From: Candidatus Gastranaerophilales bacterium
GTDB lineage: Bacteria > Cyanobacteriota > Vampirovibrionia > Gastranaerophilales > Gastranaerophilaceae
DNA length: 64,000 nucleotides
NCBI GenBank assembly: GCA_910587245.1
Contig: CAJULX010000010.1
Location: forward strand, 5,069 to 69,068
Direction: 5' to 3'
In this document: positions 1 through 8,883 of the stretch, piece by piece
Layout of the letters: each line of letters opens with the position of its first letter
Position numbering within the stretch: position 1 is the first letter of the stretch
Notes under the pieces: generated by a model
What the model was told of the DNA's origin: nothing
The model's database searches: none
What the model saw: only the letters and a program-made list of their open reading frames with translations
Made by a program: the position numbers and the translations under genes

Positions 1-116
1 CAGGCGTTGCAAATTTCAACGGTGATATTTTCTTCAACGGAACCTGTTTCAATTTCGTTTCCACAAACACACTTGATTGTGGTTTTTTTGTAATCGGGAT
101 GTGTATTATCTTTCAT
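1..116 (-). CDS. rpmE: 50S ribosomal protein L31, N-terminal part (gene continues beyond window start)
   Basis: Reverse-strand ATG at 114-116 is preceded by GAGG. The translation [38 protein letters not shown] fits L31 (HP-Y, CxC...C). It is absent from the ORF track because it is truncated. Confidence 0.8.
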   Translation of the reverse strand, partial: MKDNTHPDYKKTTIKCVCGNEIETGSVEENITVEICNA

Positions 117-206
117 TTTAGTACCTCAAAATTAAATTGCTATGCATATCATCTGTTATATCATTATACGGGCTAAATATTTTATTTCAATAGGGTAAAA
201 TTAGTT

Positions 207-569
207 TTATTTAGATTTAAGGATGTCTACACCTTTTTGACCTTGTCTTAATAGTCCGTAATAAAATTCAAGCTCCTGCTCTGTTGCAGAATTAAGTATT
301 TGCACAGATTTAATATAAAACGGATTGTCGTTTACTGCTACATGTTCAAAATTTAAACCGACATCTTCAATATTTATATCCAGAACTTTTAATATTTTGT
401 TTAAAGTGGCAAAATTTGGCAGATAACAACCTATTTCGAGTTTGGATATATGTTTGTCATGAACTCCGGCGAGTTCTGCAAGTTTTGATTGGGTAAGCCC
501 TTTTGATTTTCTTATTTGCTGTAATTTTTTGCCAAAACTGTTGTTTTTATTCATATTGCAACCCCTCAA
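207..569 (-). CDS. XRE-family helix-turn-helix transcriptional regulator
   Basis: 120-aa ORF. KLQQIRKSKGLTQSKLAELAGVHDKHISKLEIG is a classic Cro/XRE HTH. Confidence 0.75.
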   Translation of the reverse strand: MRGCNMNKNNSFGKKLQQIRKSKGLTQSKLAELAGVHDKHISKLEIGCYLPNFATLNKILKVLDINIEDVGLNFEHVAVNDNPFYIKSVQILNSATEQELEFYYGLLRQGQKGVDILKSK

Positions 570-684
570 TTATTTTAGAGGTTATGCCTTTTAGCATAAA
601 CAATGTTTATTGATAAATATTTGCTGTACAAAGTATCATAAATATGATACATATATTGTATAAAATTTATGATAGGATAATGCG

Positions 685-1509
685 ATGTCTGAAAAAATTC
701 CTCTTACCGTAATTACTGTTTGTTATAATGAAAAAGAAGTTGAAAGAACTTGTAAAAGTATCATAAATCAAACGTTTCAAAATTTTGAATGGATAGTGAT
801 TGACGGTGGTTCAAATAAAGAAACTCTTGAAACTTTAAATAAGTACAAAAACAGAATGAATATTTTTGTATCTGAAAAGGATGCAGGAATTTACAACGCC
901 ATGAATAAAGGCATAGCCCTATCTGAAGGCAAATGGTTGAATTTTATGAATGCTGGCGATACATTTTTTGAAGATGAAACTCTTGAAAAAATTTTTGTTA
1001 AAAATATTTTATTCTTAAAAGATACAGATGTTATCTATTGTGACAGTTTTTACCATGGTAATGACGGAAGTATCAAGGCAGGTAATTTTCCTGAGAAATT
1101 AAATTATGCATTTTGGAATATTAACTGTATAAATCATCAAGCTGCTTTTATCAAAAAAGCACTTTTTGAAAAATTTGGGACATACGATGAGCAATATAAA
1201 ATTTGTGCTGATTGTGAAAAATTTTTACAATTTCAAAAGGAGGGGTGCAAATTTAAACATTTAAAAATTACTGCTTCTAATTTTTTTCTTAACGGTTGTT
1301 CAAATGTGCATAAAAGGCTTACTAATTTTGAAAAGGGGCAAATTCTAAATAAATATTTCCCGTTTAAATATGAAACAGTTTATACGTTAGATTTTTTTGA
1401 TAAATTTCCGCTTTTGAGAATTAAAAAAAGAAGAGATAATGAAAAATTTGGTTTAATATTTTTAAAAATGCCGATTTTTACGTGGAATGTTTCAAAACAA
1501 AAGAAGTAA
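685..1509 (+). CDS. family 2 glycosyltransferase
   Basis: 274-aa ORF. VITVCYNE, IVIDGGS, DAGIYNAMNKG and NAGD motifs are typical of GT-A fold GT2 enzymes. Confidence 0.8.
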   Translation: MSEKIPLTVITVCYNEKEVERTCKSIINQTFQNFEWIVIDGGSNKETLETLNKYKNRMNIFVSEKDAGIYNAMNKGIALSEGKWLNFMNAGDTFFEDETLEKIFVKNILFLKDTDVIYCDSFYHGNDGSIKAGNFPEKLNYAFWNINCINHQAAFIKKALFEKFGTYDEQYKICADCEKFLQFQKEGCKFKHLKITASNFFLNGCSNVHKRLTNFEKGQILNKYFPFKYETVYTLDFFDKFPLLRIKKRRDNEKFGLIFLKMPIFTWNVSKQKK

Positions 1510-1584
1510 ATGTGATTAATCCAAATTTACCTTGACATTATTTTTTGTCTTTAATAACATTTATAATTATAATTTAAATCTTAT

Positions 1585-1655
1585 GGCGGCATGGCCAAGT
1601 GGTAAGGCAGAAGCCTGCAAAGCTTTTACCCCCAGTTCGAATCTGGGTGCCGCCT
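1585..1655 (+). tRNA. tRNA-Cys (GCA)
   Basis: 71-nt cloverleaf with acceptor GGCGGCA/TGCCGCC, anticodon loop CTGCAAA and T-loop TTCGAAT. A TTGACA/TATAAT-like promoter lies upstream and a T-run downstream. Confidence 0.9.
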
Positions 1656-1735
1656 TTTTGTTTTTTGCGGCTTAAATTCTTGTATTATTAGAATATTGCG
1701 TCTATAATGCTGTAATAAATATTTGGCGAGGATTT

Positions 1736-3142
1736 ATGAAAAAAATTTTTCTGTTTATTGCAAGCGTTGTTTTTGCAATGTTTTTGCTCAATCAAAATAA
1801 TGCATTTGCAAAAGAAAGCAGATATGAAGATTATTATGAAATATTTGCAACCAGAGATTATTACCATGCTTACAGGGGAGTTAAAAATTCTGATGGAAAA
1901 ATTGTAATTAAACCTCTTTATTTTAGTGTATACAAAGATGAAGAAGATGAAGGCGGTTATTATGCGGAATTATTTCATTCCTATGTTGTATATTCATTGA
2001 ACGGTAAAAAACTTTTAGAAATACCCAATGCTTCAATTGAATATTATAGTAAAGATTTTGTTATTGTAAAAGATGAAAAAGGCTATTATTTGGCAGATAA
2101 CAAAGGAAACAAACTTACAAATTATTATCTCAGTATATTTATTGAACCGATATTTAAAAAACTACCCTTGTTTTTTGAAACAAATGAAGATACAGCTGCT
2201 GGTGTAATGAATAAAACGGGTAAGGTGCTTATTAGACCCGTGAACAATGAAACTCATAAACAAGATTATAAGTATCTGTATTCAACAAAAAACGGCGGTT
2301 TTGTGATAGGCCCTTCTGATGATTTCAACATCCGACAAGATTGTGACGATTATGAAACAGATGAGGATAAAGAAGAAACAAACATATTTTTTATTAATGC
2401 TAATGGTGTGAAAACACCTATTGATAATGAAACTACTTCTGCTTATTTTAAACAATATGAAAATGCAAAAAATAAATATCCTTTTTATATGTCATTTTGG
2501 CAAGAGGATGAAGATACTAACGGCTCAAGAATATATAAATGGGGTGTTAGCCTGGATGGGGACAGAGGTTTAAAGGATATTGATGCAAAGTATGAAGGAA
2601 CATCAATTGCGTCATCTTTATTTTATGGAAGACAAAAGTATTTTGCATATAAAGAACATAATCTTTGGGGTGTAAAAACATTGAATGGTGAAAAAACCGT
2701 TTTAAAACCGCGATTTAAGAATGAAATTGAGGTTGTTGATGATTATATTTTGGTTAGCACCGCTCCAAAAGCAATATACTTTAGGAAAGATTTCAAGAAG
2801 ATTTTTGAACTTTATGATGTTAAAATTAGCAGCAAGTTTAAAGATGGATATGCTGCTGTTAGTAAATATGATGGTTTTAGGCTTGTATACGGTTTTATAA
2901 ATAAAAAAGGTGAACTTGTAATTGATTGCAAATATGATTATGCTGATTATTTTTACGAAGGACTTGCAAGGGTTAAAAATGAAAAAGGATTAGAGGGATA
3001 TATAGATACAACCGGCAAGCTTGTAATTGATTTTCAATACAGTTATGCAGGTGGTTTTAAAAACGGTGTTGCACATGTTAAAACCCCGGATGGTCGCAGA
3101 TTTAAGATAAATAAAACAGGCAAGGAAATTAGTGAAAAATAA
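1736..3142 (+). CDS. secreted WG/KWG-repeat protein
   Basis: 468-aa ORF with an N-terminal hydrophobic signal-like segment. Repeated units such as YGFINKKGELVI and GYIDTTGKLVI are typical of WG-containing repeats. Confidence 0.6.
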   Translation: MKKIFLFIASVVFAMFLLNQNNAFAKESRYEDYYEIFATRDYYHAYRGVKNSDGKIVIKPLYFSVYKDEEDEGGYYAELFHSYVVYSLNGKKLLEIPNASIEYYSKDFVIVKDEKGYYLADNKGNKLTNYYLSIFIEPIFKKLPLFFETNEDTAAGVMNKTGKVLIRPVNNETHKQDYKYLYSTKNGGFVIGPSDDFNIRQDCDDYETDEDKEETNIFFINANGVKTPIDNETTSAYFKQYENAKNKYPFYMSFWQEDEDTNGSRIYKWGVSLDGDRGLKDIDAKYEGTSIASSLFYGRQKYFAYKEHNLWGVKTLNGEKTVLKPRFKNEIEVVDDYILVSTAPKAIYFRKDFKKIFELYDVKISSKFKDGYAAVSKYDGFRLVYGFINKKGELVIDCKYDYADYFYEGLARVKNEKGLEGYIDTTGKLVIDFQYSYAGGFKNGVAHVKTPDGRRFKINKTGKEISEK

Positions 3143-3148
3143 TTTTAC

Positions 3149-4591
3149 CTATGCGGCGTTATTAATTCCGTAAACAGCATTTGTAATGCGGTCATAATCC
3201 GCTTCTACAATTTTTGCTGGGTATCCTGCGTGGTGAATTTTCGGTATTAAATAATCTGCGGAATATTCAATTAAACCTGCATAGCCGTCATCTGTGTCAT
3301 TGCAGATAAAGTTTATTTTGCCGTTAGCGTCTTTTTTATAATCAACTATTGTTATTTCATGCCCGTTTACAATTTTATTCGGTCTATTATCGGGTGTGTT
3401 TACATAATTAGGGTTTTTAGTGTCACCGCTTGTTTCATTTGTTAAAACATATCCTACAATTACATCTTCGCCTGAATCAAGAGTTTCTGTTATATGTTTT
3501 TGAATTGTATCCAAATCACAGCCCCAGCCTGTTAAATTTTGCTGTTCATCTACTTTATGGTAGACCATTGAGAGTCTTTCATTGTTTTCTACAATGCTTT
3601 CAATGAATATTTTTTCAAATTCTCCAAGACCTTCGGGATTGGAATTGAACTTGCCTTCCCTTTTATCTATAAGTGAATTATAGCTCTGCTCGGAACCCAT
3701 CTGCATAAAAGTGGACTGCATATAAACATCAAGAATTGTGCGCTCGCCCTTATCCCAGAAATTGTTTTGGATTTGAGCTCTTATTTTTGCGTTTTTATCG
3801 GGTTTTAATTTAATTTTAAATTCCTGATTGTTAAAATCTATTTTTTCGGGTTTGATTTCAAACATATTTTGTAAAATATTATATGCTTCAAGGTAGCTTG
3901 AATTTAAAGATGAAGCTTTAATTGTCTGTTCAACAGATTCGTTTTGTGATGTTAAACCTTCAGCCCATCTTGCAAATTCCGCAGGGTGTTTTCTTGCAAG
4001 ATGATATTCAAAGCTTGCCGAAACACATGTGCCTGAAGCAGAAACATCTAAAAGCGCAGGGTTTTGTTTTATGGCATCGTCAAGATTAGGGTCTTTTAAA
4101 ATTTCAGCTTTTATCTGCGGCGGAATATCGCCGAATACCTGTGTTACAATTTCAGGAGCATAAACAGCATCAATGGTCTGCCCTAAAATCTTTGCATTAT
4201 CAAGCCTGTCCGCCCTTTTTGTCACAGCTATTTTATAAAGATTTTCAAGAGTGGTGGTAGAATTATTTGAAGAATTATTCAAAAGCGTACCGTTTTTCAA
4301 CAGGGTGTCGAGCTTTTGCAATCTTGAAATGTTATCCTGAGGGCTGTTTTTTTCTGTTTGTGATGTAGCAAGCAATTGTGATACGGCATTATACATCTCT
4401 ACATCTTTTTGAGATGTTAATTGCGTATTAACGGAAAGTTCTCCCTTTGATACGGGGGATGGAAAATTAATTATGCTTCCTCTAAAAGCAGGCATAGTAA
4501 CGCTTGAAGATTGAACAAGCTGATTATTGTCAACCTTGTTTAGCGAATTCATTCTATGAGCCGGTTGTTTTGCTTTTATATTCTCAATCAT
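3149..4591 (-). CDS. hypothetical protein, possible papain-fold Cys/His peptidase
   Basis: 480-aa ORF. SGTCVSASFEY, then NGHEITIV, then NDTDD have the spacing of a Cys-His-Asp arrangement. The function is a weak inference only. Confidence 0.45.
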   Translation of the reverse strand: MIENIKAKQPAHRMNSLNKVDNNQLVQSSSVTMPAFRGSIINFPSPVSKGELSVNTQLTSQKDVEMYNAVSQLLATSQTEKNSPQDNISRLQKLDTLLKNGTLLNNSSNNSTTTLENLYKIAVTKRADRLDNAKILGQTIDAVYAPEIVTQVFGDIPPQIKAEILKDPNLDDAIKQNPALLDVSASGTCVSASFEYHLARKHPAEFARWAEGLTSQNESVEQTIKASSLNSSYLEAYNILQNMFEIKPEKIDFNNQEFKIKLKPDKNAKIRAQIQNNFWDKGERTILDVYMQSTFMQMGSEQSYNSLIDKREGKFNSNPEGLGEFEKIFIESIVENNERLSMVYHKVDEQQNLTGWGCDLDTIQKHITETLDSGEDVIVGYVLTNETSGDTKNPNYVNTPDNRPNKIVNGHEITIVDYKKDANGKINFICNDTDDGYAGLIEYSADYLIPKIHHAGYPAKIVEADYDRITNAVYGINNAA

Positions 4592-4714
4592 GCCATTTCA
4601 AAAACTTTTGCCTGCTATAATATTAAAACCTCAAACAAAGAAAAAATTGCCTTAAAAATATTGGGGTTTCTTAATAAATTGCAATTTTTATTGATTTTTT
4701 GTAAAGTTTGGTTA

Positions 4715-5707
4715 ATGAAGTATAAAAAAATCCCTAAAAATTATATAAAAATCTGTATAGACAGACTGACAAGATTTAAACCCGTATATGAAAGATATGA
4801 GAGGGTTTTTTACGATATTTTAAATAAATTTCTGCTTTCGGATTCAAGAATAAGTATTAATAAAGAAAAACGGGATATTGAAACCATTTGTAATATGGTA
4901 TCCGAGATTTTTAACGCTTCAATTCCTTTTGAATATGATTCTTTTTTATCGGATATTTTATTTAATGAAGAAAAAAACACATTTAACCTTGATGAACATG
5001 AAATTAAATTTTTAAATACAAAATTAAATATAACAGGTGCCGTAAAATACCTTTCGGATGAGCAGAGACTGCCGTTAAATCTTGAAAGATTGAAATTTTT
5101 ACTTAAAAGGAAAAATGCGGATACGGATTCTTTGAGGAGGGAAAACTCTTTTTTGTATCCTGTGTCTAAGGTTATTTTAACGGAAGGTGCTACAGAAGAA
5201 ATTTTGCTGTCAAAATTTGCAATGAAACTCGGTTATGATTTTAATAAGGAAGGAATATTTGTCCTCGGTGCAGGCGGGAAAAATCAGGTTGCAAGAAAAT
5301 ATTATAAAATGGTAAATGAAATCAAGCTTCCCATTTTTATTTTGCTTGATTACGATGCGGATGAAACAAAGGAATTAATTTTAACAAAGTTAAGACCGCA
5401 GGATAGAATTCATCTTATTAAAGCCGGCGAATTTGAAGATATATTACCGCTTGAATTAATTGTAAATTCTATTAACAATAATTTTTCAAATAATCTTCAC
5501 TGCTCAAAAGAAGATTTTGATTTAAACTGCAAAATGACAAAAAATCTTCACAATCTTTTTAAAAACAAAGGTTTTGGCGAATATAAAAAGGCGGATTTTG
5601 CAAAGATGGTGAAATTTTATCTTGAAAAAATTGGAGGAATGCAGGATACAAATACTTTAATTTCCGATGAAATTAGAGAAATTATTGATGAAATCAAAAA
5701 AATTTAA
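4715..5707 (+). CDS. TOPRIM (OLD-nuclease-like) domain protein
   Basis: The ORF-track start at 4556 overlaps the divergent gene, so the internal ATG at 4715 (MKYKKIP) is preferred. VILTEGATEE ... ILLDYDADE resembles the TOPRIM E...DxD core. No P-loop was seen. Confidence 0.5.
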   Translation: MKYKKIPKNYIKICIDRLTRFKPVYERYERVFYDILNKFLLSDSRISINKEKRDIETICNMVSEIFNASIPFEYDSFLSDILFNEEKNTFNLDEHEIKFLNTKLNITGAVKYLSDEQRLPLNLERLKFLLKRKNADTDSLRRENSFLYPVSKVILTEGATEEILLSKFAMKLGYDFNKEGIFVLGAGGKNQVARKYYKMVNEIKLPIFILLDYDADETKELILTKLRPQDRIHLIKAGEFEDILPLELIVNSINNNFSNNLHCSKEDFDLNCKMTKNLHNLFKNKGFGEYKKADFAKMVKFYLEKIGGMQDTNTLISDEIREIIDEIKKI

Positions 5708-5892
5708 TCAAGAAGGTCTTCTAAAAGTTTTGCATTTAAATTAGCCTGCTTTGGCGCGGCTTGATTACTTCTTTTGATATAATTTCTTAAAGCCTCTCGC
5801 ACAAGTTCACTTCTTGTTCTTTGTTCAGTATCGGCAATTTTATCAATTGATTCCAGAAATTTATCCGGCATTGAGATAAGAATTCTTGCCAT
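5704..5892 (-). CDS. ribbon-helix-helix (CopG/Arc/MetJ-type) DNA-binding protein
   Basis: 62-aa ORF. MARILISMPDKFLESID...RSELVREALRNYI fits the strand-helix-helix pattern. Confidence 0.7.
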   Translation of the reverse strand: MARILISMPDKFLESIDKIADTEQRTRSELVREALRNYIKRSNQAAPKQANLNAKLLEDLLD

Positions 5893-6006
5893 TCTTCCCC
5901 CTTATTTTTTATTAACACCATATTGCGCCCTTTTCATATTTACAATATATGCTAAAGGGATATAATTATTATAACCGAATGTTTTAAAAATTAAAGGGGC
6001 GGTATT

Positions 6007-7203
6007 TTGAATACAACAAAAGGAAACAGACTCCATATAGGTTTTTTCGGGAAAAGAAATGCCGGAAAATCTTCCGTTGTAAATAAAATTATAGGGCAGG
6101 AGCTTTCTATTGTATCAAATACTCCGGGCACCACAACGGATGTTAATCAAAAATCGATGGAGCTCTTGCCTGTAGGACCTGTTGTATTGATGGATACGGC
6201 AGGGATTGATGATACGGATGAAATAGGCAGACTCAGGGTGCAAAAAACATATAAGGCACTGGAGCGCTCTGATGTTGCAGCAATTGTGTTGGATAACAGG
6301 GCACTTTGTGCGGCTGATTTTGAATTTTTGGACAAAGTTAAAGAAAAAAACATCCCCTTGCTTGTGATTTTAAATAAAACAGATGCAGGCATGATAAATG
6401 AAGATGATTTTGAAAAAATAAGCAGCTTTACTGATTGCATAATAAAAGTTTCGGCACTTAATGACGATGACATTGCAGCAAAGTTTACAAATGCATTAAT
6501 TAAAATTCTGCCCGAAGATTTTATTAAAGAAAGGCCGATTTTAGCTGATATTGTAAAGCCTTTAGATACAGTTGTGCTTGTTATCCCTATAGATAAAGAG
6601 GCGCCCAAAGGAAGACTCATTTTGCCGCAGGTAAATGTATTAAGGGAATTGCTTGATATTGGCGTCATATCCGTTGTTTCACGCGAAAAAGAATTAAAGC
6701 AGACACTGGATAAGTTAAAAGAACCGCCAAAGCTTGTAATAACAGATTCTCAAAGTTTTAAGACGGTGTCTGAAATTGTGCCTGATGATATTTCTTTAAC
6801 ATCATTTTCAATTCTTTTTGCAAGATTGAAGGGGGATTTAAAAGTCTTTATAAAAGGTGCCGAAAAGCTTGATACACTGCAAGACGGCGATAAGATTTTA
6901 ATACTTGAAAGCTGTACGCATCATCCTGTTGAAGATGATATAGGAAGGGTAAAGATACCGAATCTTGTAAAAAAATATACAGGTAAACATGTAGAATTTG
7001 AACACTATTCAGGACATGATTTTCCCGATTTAATTGATAAATATTCCTTAATTATTCATTGCGGTGCCTGTATGACAAACAGGCGCGAGATATTAAACAG
7101 GATAAATATTGCATTTAAAAACAATATACCTATAACAAATTATGGTATTACTATTGCAAAATGCCTCGGGATTTTAAACAGGGCGGTAAAACCTTTTGAA
7201 TAA
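6007..7203 (+). CDS. hydF: [FeFe]-hydrogenase maturation GTPase HydF
   Basis: 398 aa, TTG start after a GGGG RBS. GTPase motifs GKRNAGKSS, DTAG and NKTD are present. The C-terminal CTHH...HCGAC Fe-S ligand motif is characteristic of HydF. Confidence 0.8.
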   Translation: MNTTKGNRLHIGFFGKRNAGKSSVVNKIIGQELSIVSNTPGTTTDVNQKSMELLPVGPVVLMDTAGIDDTDEIGRLRVQKTYKALERSDVAAIVLDNRALCAADFEFLDKVKEKNIPLLVILNKTDAGMINEDDFEKISSFTDCIIKVSALNDDDIAAKFTNALIKILPEDFIKERPILADIVKPLDTVVLVIPIDKEAPKGRLILPQVNVLRELLDIGVISVVSREKELKQTLDKLKEPPKLVITDSQSFKTVSEIVPDDISLTSFSILFARLKGDLKVFIKGAEKLDTLQDGDKILILESCTHHPVEDDIGRVKIPNLVKKYTGKHVEFEHYSGHDFPDLIDKYSLIIHCGACMTNRREILNRINIAFKNNIPITNYGITIAKCLGILNRAVKPFE

Positions 7204-7243
7204 AAAAGACGCTTATTTTATCTGCGCCTTTTTTATTAGTTTA

Positions 7244-8803
7244 TTATTTTACCTGAACCTTGCTTAGCATAAATACCTGAATTTCACCGGCTTTTAGATT
7301 AACGGCAAGCTTGCCGTTTTTGGTTTCAGGGGGTTCGCCCATTCTCATCGGCGAAACAAAGCTTGTAACTTTTAGTTTCGGTATATATACATTTGTTGAA
7401 ATATCGTTTTTCGTATCAAGGTTTCCGATTACAACAACCGAATCGGTTCCGTTTGTTCTTGCATAAGAAAATACACTCTGGTTTGATGTTTTAAGCGGAA
7501 CGTATTTGCCGTCTATAAGAATGCTCTTTGCCCAGTATTTAAATTTCAGTGCCGTTAGGTATTTTGTTTTAAGGTTTTCTTTATTGCCGCCGGGTCTTTT
7601 TGATGCGTTAAATATATCCATTTTGCCTCTGTGAACAAAATATTGATCATCATCGGTAAATGTCTTATCCGCTTTTTGATTTTCATATTTATAAATGTAT
7701 GTATCACCCGTTATAAAGCCGTCTAAAAAGTAACTGTTTAAAGGAAGAGTAGCATTTAACCACAAAACCATCTCCCAGTAATTTTCACCGCCCGTAATAA
7801 GAGGGCTTTGCTGATCATGGGTTGCAAATGAACCTATGGTTGTTTTTTGTCCGTCAAATTTGTCGCTCAATTTTTTATCTGCGGCAACTTTTTTGTGAAA
7901 ATCGCTTGCTTTGGTTATTTTTTGGAAATTTGACCAGCTGCCGTAATGACCGTCAAAACCTGCTTTTAATAAATCTTCCGTACTTGTGTATGTTGTATAT
8001 CCTTCTGCAGGGTTGCTCCAGTCGGGTGAAGCTTCTGCAATAAAGAGAAATTGCGGGTCTGATTTTCTGACGTAAGATATAAATTCTTTCCAGAATTCAT
8101 ACGGTTTGATTGCCGCAACATCTGCTCTGATGCCATCCGCACCGAGCGCAAGAGCCATATCGGCAAATTTCTTATAATTATTTAGTACATCTTTATTTAA
8201 AGAGCCGTCCGGGTTTACGGTTTTAAAAAGTCTTACATCCGTCCAATCGGCAGGATAAACAGTGTGCCCATGCTTATCTTTGATAAATAATTCAGGCTTT
8301 TCAAGCGACATATCATAAGAACCACAGCTTGGCATATCAAGAATTACTCTTAAATTTTTCTTATGTGCAGCTTGTATAAAACTTTTTGCTTCGGCAAAAA
8401 CTGATTTTGAATCGTTTTTATCATCCAGCTGAGGATTGATTTCATTAAAACTGTCCATTGCATACAGCGAACCGGATGTGCCCAGAGCTTTTAATTTGCC
8501 GACTTTAGTTACGGGCAAAAGATAAATTGTATTTGCACCTGTTTCAACAATGTCATCCAGTCTTTTTTGAGCATTTATGAATGTTCCCGGCGTATCGCCC
8601 AGCCAGGGTTCGATGATATCATTGTTGTTTTTGTCGACAGCACCGAAAGAACGTATGTTTATAGTGTAGATTATCGCTTTATTGCTTATAAAAAGCGTTC
8701 TTAAGTCATTTATCCAGGGATAAGCAAAAGCTGAATTTGCCCCGAGAACAAATGTTAAAAATGTTAAAAATAAAAACCCGTTAATATTAATCTTTTTCAT
8801 CAT
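7244..8803 (-). CDS. secreted GH13 alpha-amylase-family glycosidase
   Basis: 519 aa with a signal peptide. GADGIRADVA, FIAEA and FATHDQ correspond to GH13 conserved regions II-IV. Confidence 0.8.
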   Translation of the reverse strand: MMKKININGFLFLTFLTFVLGANSAFAYPWINDLRTLFISNKAIIYTINIRSFGAVDKNNNDIIEPWLGDTPGTFINAQKRLDDIVETGANTIYLLPVTKVGKLKALGTSGSLYAMDSFNEINPQLDDKNDSKSVFAEAKSFIQAAHKKNLRVILDMPSCGSYDMSLEKPELFIKDKHGHTVYPADWTDVRLFKTVNPDGSLNKDVLNNYKKFADMALALGADGIRADVAAIKPYEFWKEFISYVRKSDPQFLFIAEASPDWSNPAEGYTTYTSTEDLLKAGFDGHYGSWSNFQKITKASDFHKKVAADKKLSDKFDGQKTTIGSFATHDQQSPLITGGENYWEMVLWLNATLPLNSYFLDGFITGDTYIYKYENQKADKTFTDDDQYFVHRGKMDIFNASKRPGGNKENLKTKYLTALKFKYWAKSILIDGKYVPLKTSNQSVFSYARTNGTDSVVVIGNLDTKNDISTNVYIPKLKVTSFVSPMRMGEPPETKNGKLAVNLKAGEIQVFMLSKVQVK

Positions 8804-8883
8804 ACTTCACAGTATAATACAAACTTATAATCAAGGGCAAAAATTTATTGTATAATAATGTAAAATTATTTAAAGGTAACAAT

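Noticed and set aside
4556-4714. Upstream extensions of ORFs 4556, 8848, 10964, 16574, 31336, 54200 and 56724
   Set aside because: The extensions overlap neighbouring genes or lack an RBS. Internal ATGs with Shine-Dalgarno-like sequences give N-termini matching the expected families (PgpH, YbeY, IF-2, RbfA).
6147-6668. Long antisense ORFs inside hydF (6147..6668), dnaK (15206..15631, 15971..16300), leuC-like (18617..19228), the amylase gene, infB and others
   Set aside because: Each lies wholly inside a well-supported gene on the other strand and has low-complexity Ser/Leu-rich composition with no motifs.
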